This document shows positions 9,262 through 16,986 of a DNA stretch of 64,000 nucleotides, in pieces. Source of the stretch: Obrimoposthia wandeli. Taxonomy: Eukaryota. The DNA is taken from the NCBI GenBank assembly GCA_977020255.1, contig CDROCS010004705.1:1-64000 (forward strand), read 5' to 3'. Under the pieces are notes generated by a model. It searched no databases. It was not told the DNA's origin and worked only from the letters and a program-made list of their open reading frames with translations. A program made the translations under genes and the position numbers. Each line of letters begins with the position of its first letter. Within the stretch, counting starts at the first letter, position 1.

Positions 9262-11275
9262 TAATTTGCACCTCTAGCTCGGTGGCATTGTTAGCGGATT
9301 CTATCGGGGTTTGAGGTAGAGCATTGCGCATTTTGTTACGCAGGTTTGATTGATAATCCAAACTGACTTTTATTTCATATAATTGGTTATCGGTTAGTGC
9401 AACGCTTGAGTGTGTTACTTGGTAATTAAGTGGTTGTAATAAGCTGTTTAAACTATTGATAAACTCATTACCGGTTCGGTTATCTAATGTGTTGGCAGTA
9501 ATAGACCAAAGGTCATTTGATTTAGTGATTTGGGTTAACACTATTTGTGGTGATACAGATAACGCCAAGGTCTTTAAAAACACAGGCGTCACTAGACGGC
9601 GATAACCACGCTCTTTTTCAAGGTCAACCAACATGTTGGTTGTGGCTATCGTTTCACTAGTCACCAAGGCGAAGCTGGTTTTCATATTCTCATTTTGAGT
9701 AAATATAGCGCGCAGCTGTTTTTGTAATTTATCCTCTTTTGAAAACTTTGCCTCTAAGGTTGCTAATCGTTTGGTTTGTACATCAGTATTCCAAAACATC
9801 CAGCTGATAAAACCGATCGCAGCGACCCCTACAATAGAGCCCGTTATCATCATGATTACTTTAGGCTGCAATAGTCGTTGTATGACAGAGACTTTCGCTT
9901 CTTGGCTGTTAATCCAACTTAAACGCGTATTAGGAGTGTGTTTTAAATAATGATTGGCCGCGCCTTGTAAACCTAATAGGGCATCTTTAGAAATGTTAGG
10001 CAGTATCAGTTCGCTTTTAGGTGCACTGAATCGTTGAATATCACATCCTAAACTATTCGCCAGCTCACTCATCAAAGGCGTTAAACTTTGGTTACTACTG
10101 TCAGCGATATAAAGACGGTGTATATCACTGGGTAAAATACCGATTAAATCAAGGCAATCTTGAGCGGTTACTGGGCCAAATTGACGTGCAGCGGTGGTTA
10201 TTTCGGTCACTACATTACGGTTGCCGCTAATCAGTGCGATTTGCTCTTGGTGAATCTCTAATAACAGTTGCTGATCTTGATCACTGTGATGCCAAAGATT
10301 AGCAAACGCGCTACCTAAAGAGGGGTAAAAGGCTTCTAAATGAATATTATTAAGCTTAAAAGCACCAAGCCAGCGACGGCGTACACTTTGGCTAATACCA
10401 CTGACTAACCAGGGGTGGCTACTATCACTGTCTTCTTCTTGTGAAAGTAAAGTTTCATCACTGAGGTTATCTTGTTTAAGCTCACTTGCTTGCCAGCCAT
10501 AGACTAAATCATCGTCAATCGCGACCAGCTTGCCCTGCAAGGTAAAGCACTCTTCTAGTTGCTCTCTGTTGATGTAGCCAAGCTGTACTGCCAAATCACC
10601 AAAGCGGGTCAGTGAGTTAGAACCGCCTTGAGTTTGCCTAAGTTGTAGCTCTTCAACAATTTCATCACGTTGATCAGAGGTTAAATTACCGCGCTCAACC
10701 AGCATTGAACCTATCATCCAATGTTTGTTTTGCTGGCTCATCGCGCCTTCTAGTTCCCAGCGAATCAGCTCTTGCATCTGCTCGTTAGTACGCGGGCGTA
10801 GTGGGCTGACTGGCAATTGTACTAAGGCTGAGACAACAGAGGGAGTCAGTAAAATAGCGTGTTTTGGTAAGCGCTTTTGGTGCTGCTTTAGCTCAGTTAA
10901 CACATCGGCAATTGCACGGGTGAAATCTACCGTGTTAGATTGCGCAACATGAATAATATGTGCTTTTTGTTTGCCGTTTCTGATTAAGGCGCCGCGTAAA
11001 CCAAAGCTGCCTGCCTGAAACGCAATCAGTGAGTAAGACTCGCTCATTAAAGAGGAGAAGTTAGGCAAGCGTAGCGATTTTTTAAGTTTCATCGCGCTAG
11101 CAGCGAGCTCAATATCAAAAGGCTGCTCTTTGGTTTTGCTAAGTGCAGCACTGTCCTTGCTATCAGCTATGGGTGCGCCGCCGCCAGGTGCAAAGGGATT
11201 TTGCATCTCAAAGCTAAATTCAGTACTGCTATGCGCATCATTATGTGATGCTTGTTTAGGTAATACTTTACTCAT
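9254..11275 (-). CDS. PilM-PilN-like fusion with internal MshEN-like motif pair
   Basis: PilM-like N-terminal ~450 aa, TM at about VIMMITGSIVGVAAIGFISWMFW, PilN-like C-terminus; start chosen at the ATG overlapping the upstream stop. Confidence 0.7.
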   Translation of the reverse strand: MSKVLPKQASHNDAHSSTEFSFEMQNPFAPGGGAPIADSKDSAALSKTKEQPFDIELAASAMKLKKSLRLPNFSSLMSESYSLIAFQAGSFGLRGALIRNGKQKAHIIHVAQSNTVDFTRAIADVLTELKQHQKRLPKHAILLTPSVVSALVQLPVSPLRPRTNEQMQELIRWELEGAMSQQNKHWMIGSMLVERGNLTSDQRDEIVEELQLRQTQGGSNSLTRFGDLAVQLGYINREQLEECFTLQGKLVAIDDDLVYGWQASELKQDNLSDETLLSQEEDSDSSHPWLVSGISQSVRRRWLGAFKLNNIHLEAFYPSLGSAFANLWHHSDQDQQLLLEIHQEQIALISGNRNVVTEITTAARQFGPVTAQDCLDLIGILPSDIHRLYIADSSNQSLTPLMSELANSLGCDIQRFSAPKSELILPNISKDALLGLQGAANHYLKHTPNTRLSWINSQEAKVSVIQRLLQPKVIMMITGSIVGVAAIGFISWMFWNTDVQTKRLATLEAKFSKEDKLQKQLRAIFTQNENMKTSFALVTSETIATTNMLVDLEKERGYRRLVTPVFLKTLALSVSPQIVLTQITKSNDLWSITANTLDNRTGNEFINSLNSLLQPLNYQVTHSSVALTDNQLYEIKVSLDYQSNLRNKMRNALPQTPIESANNATELEVQIND

Positions 11276-11849
11276 CAATGGCTTGTGCACCGATAATCAC
11301 TAAACGCGGCCCTTTAGCATAATTATAAATATGCATGGCGTACAACAAGCTGTTAACTGGGGTGGTAATAGTTGAATCAGTGGTTTTGTAAGCTTTGGTT
11401 TTGTGCTTTTTTTGTGCATCAATTAATTGCTGCATCTGTACTGCTGCGCTTTTGGCGACATACACCGCGATTACTTTGTTATCTCCCGCTTGTATAAAAG
11501 CGCTATGGCTAATTTCAGGTAATGGCTGCTCTGATGGCCATAATTGCAAGGCATCATAAACCAGTGAGAATTTGCCGGCTTTAGGTGCTTGCATGATGTT
11601 GGCATTAAATTGAATAGGCGAGGGCGGCAACATTAAGCGCTGCTTCGCTTTAATCATTTTCGCAGGTAACTGGTTGTTATTGATAAAATCTGCCAAGTTG
11701 ATTTTTTTATACTGTTGGGTAATATTTTGTGCGCTAGTGTCAGCAGAGGTTGAAATAGTGTTTTTAGCGGAGCCGTCGGTAGTGGAAGTTTGAGCGTAAC
11801 TAAAACTAGTGCACAAAATACTGAAGGTAAATAAAAAAAGATACTGCAT
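11268..11849 (-). CDS. Hypothetical exported protein of the pilus operon
   Basis: Signal peptide ending SYA; stop overlaps the pilMN start. Confidence 0.7.
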   Translation of the reverse strand: MQYLFLFTFSILCTSFSYAQTSTTDGSAKNTISTSADTSAQNITQQYKKINLADFINNNQLPAKMIKAKQRLMLPPSPIQFNANIMQAPKAGKFSLVYDALQLWPSEQPLPEISHSAFIQAGDNKVIAVYVAKSAAVQMQQLIDAQKKHKTKAYKTTDSTITTPVNSLLYAMHIYNYAKGPRLVIIGAQAIDE

Positions 11850-11873
11850 CTTTGAGTCTCTATAAGCGACTAA

Positions 11874-11893
11874 ATCGACAGTAAACTGCCGAT
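11874..11893 (-). terminator. Hairpin downstream of major pilin (partial terminator or mRNA stabiliser)
   Basis: Minus-strand stem atcggcag/ctgtcgat with a 4-nt loop and weak U-tract. Confidence 0.45.
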
Positions 11894-11928
11894 CTAGTAC
11901 ATGGTATTTAAACGTGAGCCACTATTAT

Positions 11929-12951
11929 TTAGATAGTGTTACGTGTGCCATCCCACTCGCCTAACTCTTCTTCTTTAGTATCGCCAGCGCCATCAACGAT
12001 AGCAGTAAGTGCTACTTGGTCATTAGGTGTTATGACAGTACCAGCAGTATCTAACGTACCGATATTGAACAGTGCAATAAATCGATTATACTGCTGACCA
12101 GAAACGTGTCTGTATACCGGCACAGAAGTCAAACCACCTAAATCGTTAGCGTTGAATAAGCTAGAAGATGGGCCTAATCCAACAGCCATAAGTGCTGGAC
12201 GGGTTGTAGATGTTACAGGAGTTACGTCAAATAGAACGCCTGCGCCGCCTAATACACGCTCATAGCCACCATTCCAGATAGCAACACTAGTTGTATCTCC
12301 AGCATTTACGACTGCACCTGCCGCATCCAGAATCTCACCGTCTTCATCAAAAGCTACAGAATAGCCGCAGCCATTTGCGAGAGGACTCATAAATATATTA
12401 CCAGCAACTACTGCGTTACCACGCGAGGCAATTAGTGCAGGTATATCACTACAGTCGCCTGCGTCAGCTGGGTCTGCAAGAGCATCAGCATGAAGGTAGC
12501 GTAAGCTATTGATACCACCAGCAGACATTACAGAAGCCACAGCAACTGGAAGTGTAACAACATCGAAGTCAGCAATAGCAATAACATCATTAGGTACTAC
12601 TACCGGTGCTTGGCCATCTGCTGCCGGTGTTTGAAGTAACGCGTCAAAGTTAGTAGGTAGCACATTTCTGTTAAGTACACGGAAGGTACGAATACCTTTG
12701 TTTAACTCATCCATCATTGCTACGTGTGCAGCTGCTGATGCACGTGCATCAGTATCTTGTAGTGCGATAGTCGCAGTACCGGCAATTGCCGCTAAGATAG
12801 CCACTACTACTAATAGCTCTAGTAATGTGAAACCGCCTTGTTTTGCTTTAAGCTTAGTAGCTTTAGCACGAAGGCCTGAATCTGCGATGTCAGATGTGTT
12901 GATTGAAGAGAATTTTGCTTTAAGTTGGGCAATTTTTGCTAAAGAGAACAT
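11929..12951 (-). CDS. Large type IV major pilin-like protein (340-aa prepilin)
   Basis: KQGG|FTLLELLVVVAIL class III signal peptide; RBS ATAGG before ATG 12951; first pilin after the promoter; followed by a hairpin. Confidence 0.85.
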   Translation of the reverse strand: MFSLAKIAQLKAKFSSINTSDIADSGLRAKATKLKAKQGGFTLLELLVVVAILAAIAGTATIALQDTDARASAAAHVAMMDELNKGIRTFRVLNRNVLPTNFDALLQTPAADGQAPVVVPNDVIAIADFDVVTLPVAVASVMSAGGINSLRYLHADALADPADAGDCSDIPALIASRGNAVVAGNIFMSPLANGCGYSVAFDEDGEILDAAGAVVNAGDTTSVAIWNGGYERVLGGAGVLFDVTPVTSTTRPALMAVGLGPSSSLFNANDLGGLTSVPVYRHVSGQQYNRFIALFNIGTLDTAGTVITPNDQVALTAIVDGAGDTKEEELGEWDGTRNTI

Positions 12952-13221
12952 GGTAAACCTATAAGTTAATAAATCGAAAGTTAGTAGACCGTTGACATAA
13001 GCGCAGACTTCCCCCAAGGAAGCTGTGGCAACTTAACCAGTCCGATTTAAAACGCTTCCTTTGGCAGTGTTGATAAATATCCTGCTATTAACACTGTCGT
13101 TTCAGCTGATGTCCTTGTCAGCCTACCTAGTTCTTTTTACCCCCCAAGAGCAATAAAAGAACGTTAAACCTTCCTAAGCTACAGCTTAATGAAAAATAAG
13201 CTGATTGCTTTAAACCTTTCT
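12952..13221 (-). promoter_or_regulatory. 270-nt structured leader upstream of the pilin
   Basis: Four stem-loops (13130-13162, 13105-13122, 13065-13096, 13014-13064); six GGA triplets, two of them in loops. Confidence 0.5.
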
Positions 13222-13482
13222 TTACTTAAGCAAGTCACGCTTTAATAGATGCTTTAATGCTGATTCATTGACTAACGCTTGATCGCAATCAAGTACAAAG
13301 CGATGCTGCTTACCACAGTGAATAATGACTTCTTTTTGACCACGACGCAGAATTTTCATCTCAATACTAAAGTCACCATAACCATCGTGACTAAAAAGCT
13401 CTGAATAGACTTCTATCAGCTTTTCAAACACATCTTTATGTTTAATATCTTGATTAAGTTGAGTGTCTGCTACTTCGTTCAT
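13222..13482 (-). CDS. Small 86-aa protein, first gene of the pilin transcript
   Basis: ATG ~30 nt below the promoter; ordered-looking core LFSHDGYGDFSIEMKILRRGQKEVIIHCGKQHRF. Confidence 0.75.
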   Translation of the reverse strand: MNEVADTQLNQDIKHKDVFEKLIEVYSELFSHDGYGDFSIEMKILRRGQKEVIIHCGKQHRFVLDCDQALVNESALKHLLKRDLLK

Positions 13483-13507
13483 GGCTAAATTGTTTCCTGT
13501 ATTTGAT

Positions 13508-13543
13508 GCTAGTGATTATCATTCGTATTTGATTTTTTGTCAA
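13508..13543 (-). promoter_or_regulatory. Strong sigma70 promoter with Fur box over the -10
   Basis: TTGACA (13543-13538), 17-nt spacer, GATAAT (13520-13515). ACGAATGATAATCACTAGC matches the 19-bp Fur consensus at 14/19. Confidence 0.8.
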
Positions 13544-13590
13544 TTTAATTTTCATAAATATGACGATTTATTTTATTTTTTTCCTCTAAC

Positions 13591-15684
13591 CTATGGTTTT
13601 CTCGAGATTAAATACACATAACTAGTATCAGTGATGTTGTTGTTGCTGACATCTTTTGCAGCAAGAAAAGGCTGCTCTCTTGCTGCGCTCAGCCAGCGAC
13701 CAGGTAATGACTGTAAATTGATAGGCTGGCTTACATTGCTGGTGTTTTTAAGTTGAAAAACACTGATGACTAGCTTTTCTTGCTGATAGCTGGCGATAGC
13801 ATTGCTGGTAATGTTTGGGTTGGAAAAAAGCTTAGATGAAGCTGTAGGTAAGGGCGCTGAAACTATGCTGTTATCTTTAGGTCTATTGCCACTCATTGCC
13901 ATCGCGGCGTAGCGATTTAAGTAAAGGTAGCTTTCTTTTTTACTGCGCTTAGCAGTGATTTCTGTTGCGAAAAGCACTAATTTGAGCTTTACTAGCCAGA
14001 TTTTATTAGAAGCATTGCCAGCTTGGTGCCAAGCTGGATTGCTGTTAGGATACGTGCGGGTGATTAGCATAATGTATTGCGATTTACTTTTGCTTTTGCT
14101 TTCAGAGCTGAAGAGTGCCTGTTTACCGGGATGCCGCCAAGGGGAGATCTGGTATAGTACGGGTTGCTAACTCAATATCGCTATTCGACGGTTGTGACAA
14201 TGTTATTTCCCCACCTAAAGCGATAGTGGCACCATTTTTAGCTATTGCGACCGTTCGAATACTAGATTCTTCATAACTTGGCAGGTCTTGCGTTGTGATG
14301 GTGGCGTTTGTGGCATCCCATAGTGGATATTGCAGGAAACCATGCCGCTTTCAATAATGTTATATTATTTGTTGAAAAAAATATCTAATGGTGACTTTTA
14401 CTCCTGCGTACGCTTGATGCTAGGTTGTATTGCTAGGGTATTGCCTATATCTACTTCTTTAACTGATAATGTCCTGTTGTCAGAGCTAATGGTTTGGAGA
14501 GAGAAAATCATACTGTTGCCTGCATCAATTGTTGTGGTTGAAGTTGAAGCAGGTGTTATGCCTGTGGCTATGATTTGTTTGTTGCCAATAAATATTCTAG
14601 CGGGGCGGTTGTTTGATGCTAATAGTAAAGGTTTAGTAATAGTCGTTACTAAATTTGTGCGCTCAAGCGCTTCGAGGCGAAGATTGATGTATCTGCTGTA
14701 AAATTCGTAAAAGCCACCGGTCGCGGCTGCTAGCCCTAATCGTGTTCTTTGAGTATTTCTAAGAATCTCCCCTTCACTTAAAGCGGGGTCATCGTCAAAA
14801 TCTAAACCTAAACTGAAAGATTTGTCGTTTGTATTGGTGATGCGGATGATTTTAGTTTCTAGCAATACTTGTGGCGTAGGTCGATCACTGGTGCGAATTA
14901 ATGAGGCTATTTCGCTCATGGCTTCTTTATCACTAGTACGAACATGAATTAGATTGTGGATGCGGTTAGTGGCAATAAAAATAGGTGTTTGAATGCCTAA
15001 CTTTTTATCGAGATCATTTGCTGAGATATTGCTCGCTTGAGCGTTGCGTAATGCGCCATCGCTTACCTCGCCTTGAGCTTGCTGCTTTATGGTGGCGTTA
15101 CTGGCTTGATCTCTTTGAGTGGTGTCCACCGTCGCAGTTGAACTGTTGCTGGATGAAGTGCTGGTACGGGTGTCAGTTACAGTTGTGTTGCCAGAAACTC
15201 TGAAGCTATCAGATAAACCATCAAAGTCATCTTGCTGGTTTTGCTGTTTAAGGATGACACGCTCACCAAATAAGCTTTGTATTGTTAAGGCGGTGGCGCG
15301 AACATTTTGATGTTTTAGAGTGAATGAGCGAATAGTGTCATTGCGATAAACCACGATGTCGCTCTGGTATTCACCTTTCGTCATAATTAAATAACTGTTG
15401 TTTTCGCTATTTCGGCGATACCAAAGGCCGGTGATGCGCGATAAGGTTTCAACAGCATGTTCAAGGCTGATATTTTGCAATAGTAAATCAACGGTTTTAT
15501 TGCTAGCAGCTTGAGTGACGGTGATATTAGAATTGCTTAAGCTTGATAAAATACGCGCGGCATCACGTATATTGGCCCCTTTAAGCTCAACTCTATCAAG
15601 TTGCACGCCAAAGGCTTGCGTTGCTAGTAGTAATGAAAAAACGCAGATGCTTATTATATTGGTTAAACGTGTTAGGTAAATCAT
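13591..15684 (-). pseudogene. Secretin (PilQ/GspD family) with probable C-terminal DUF3438/TraK-like domain, broken by multiple indels
   Basis: N0/N3 and secretin motifs in 14398..15684. Secretin C-terminal pieces (TVAIAKNGATIALGG, LGGIPV, LFSSES...YIMLIT) lie in three frames in 14071-14326. ORF 13591..14070 is in the original frame. Confidence 0.75.
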
Positions 15685-16257
15685 TTATTGCACCACCATC
15701 TTTTCTTTGTAGCTACCGGTTTCAACGATAATATTTAATTCATTAATTTCTAATATGTGCAGTACAGCTGAAGAGCTACCTACTTGCCTTATACCTACCT
15801 TGTCGCCTACTTTGACAATAAAAGTGCCTTGCCCCTGGATTTTTAATAAGGCTATTTTCTTCTCACCTGATTGCAATATACCCTTAAAGCTCAAAGCGGG
15901 TATCTCGCCTTGAAATTGGGCCGGTGCGCTTTTATTGCTAGGCGCACTGTTAGTAGCAGTTGGCGTGAATAGCGAATCTTTAATGGCTGCATTAGCTGCT
16001 TTAGCATTGGTTAGCGTGTTGGCAAAAGGGTCTCTTGATCTATTCGCAGATCTTTTGTTGAGTTGTTGGTCGATGGCTTGATAGTAAGCTTCTATTGTTT
16101 GTAATGAACTTTGGGTGCCTAAAATTAAGCTGTTGGCATCAGCAAAAGATGATGAGCAAAAACAAGCTAAAATGAACAGGCAGGCAATTTTTGAGCGACG
16201 TATTACGTACCGCTTTGTAGTGGATATTTGCATAGTGTGTTGCGCGCTAGTAGCCAT
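15685..16257 (-). CDS. PilP/GspC-like exported protein
   Basis: Signal/TM segment, RDPF motif, C-terminal beta domain LSFKGILQSGEKKIALL...IVKVGDKV; directly before the secretin. Confidence 0.55.
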   Translation of the reverse strand: MATSAQHTMQISTTKRYVIRRSKIACLFILACFCSSSFADANSLILGTQSSLQTIEAYYQAIDQQLNKRSANRSRDPFANTLTNAKAANAAIKDSLFTPTATNSAPSNKSAPAQFQGEIPALSFKGILQSGEKKIALLKIQGQGTFIVKVGDKVGIRQVGSSSAVLHILEINELNIIVETGSYKEKMVVQ

Positions 16258-16429
16258 TTTTTATCTGTAACACCGATGAAGAGATTGCAGTTTTGATACA
16301 AAATTTATTTTGGTGAAGCATTGGCTAGAACATGTAGTGCATTTTCAGCATACAGCTTGGCTAGTTATTTTGTGTTCATAAACAGCTATTTAGCTTAATA
16401 TTCTAAGCGAACAATAGTGGATGGCGGGC

Positions 16430-16474
16430 ATTCTATAGGTTAAAAAATATAAATCAACATGATAATCATTATTA
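16430..16474 (-). promoter_or_regulatory. Fur box overlapping a putative sigma70 promoter for the secretin operon
   Basis: CAACATGATAATCATTATT (16455-16473) matches the Fur consensus at 15/19; minus-strand TTGATT-16-TAGAAT. Confidence 0.7.
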
Positions 16475-16708
16475 TTTGCATTTGTATTGTTTTGTTCTAT
16501 GAGCTGTGGCAAAATCCGCTGGTATTTAAGATTAATGCCTTTTTTGATGTTTGAATTATTTAAGATTAACCTTGCGAGATTGTATGAAATCTCCATATAT
16601 AGATATTTCGAGCTTGTATTGCGGTGTGTCTCAATAAGCTTTAGTTTTAAATTGCGTTAACAGCCTAGCTATACACACTTTAATTATTGAGATTTAGAAA
16701 GCTTCATT

Positions 16709-16930
16709 ATGAAAAAAATGAGTCAAAAAAAGATATCATCAACCGTTATATTGTTATTTATGGTTATTTTTAGTTCAGGTTGTGCGAGTCAAGGGTGGCA
16801 AAAATTTTCACCTCAAAGCGTAGAGCAAAAAGCATCGGCTAATACCAGCGGTAAAGTAAAGCAGCAGTTAGAGGTGTTTATTTTTGCAGAAGGTGAGCAA
16901 GCTGCTAGCCAAACAGTGATTGATATTTAA
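16709..16930 (+). CDS. Small lipoprotein
   Basis: Basic N-terminus, hydrophobic stretch, lipobox SSGC. Confidence 0.55.
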   Translation: MKKMSQKKISSTVILLFMVIFSSGCASQGWQKFSPQSVEQKASANTSGKVKQQLEVFIFAEGEQAASQTVIDI

Positions 16931-16986
16931 TTGCCAAATATTTTTCGATAGAGAATTGTAGCGTGCCAAAATTTTGCTGTATAAAG

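Noticed and set aside
11929-12951. Conductive e-pilin or cytochrome nanowire
   Set aside because: No CxxCH motifs, no obvious aromatic enrichment, and far larger than Geobacter-type pilins.
12952-13221. c-di-GMP-I/II riboswitch
   Set aside because: I could not find the GGCAAAC/GAAA/GACGCAAAGC-type or class II consensus; kept only as an unassigned structured leader.
14330-14701. Antisense and nested ORFs of 60-125 aa in the ORF track (also e.g. 3599-3868, 6944-7267, 7666-8007, 30241-30540, 33236-33601, 61809-62033)
   Set aside because: Shadows of confident genes or tRNAs on the other strand, with no RBS or motif support.
16390-16596. 68-aa minus-strand ORF
   Set aside because: Low-complexity Asn/Ile-rich reading of AT-rich promoter DNA spanning the Fur box.
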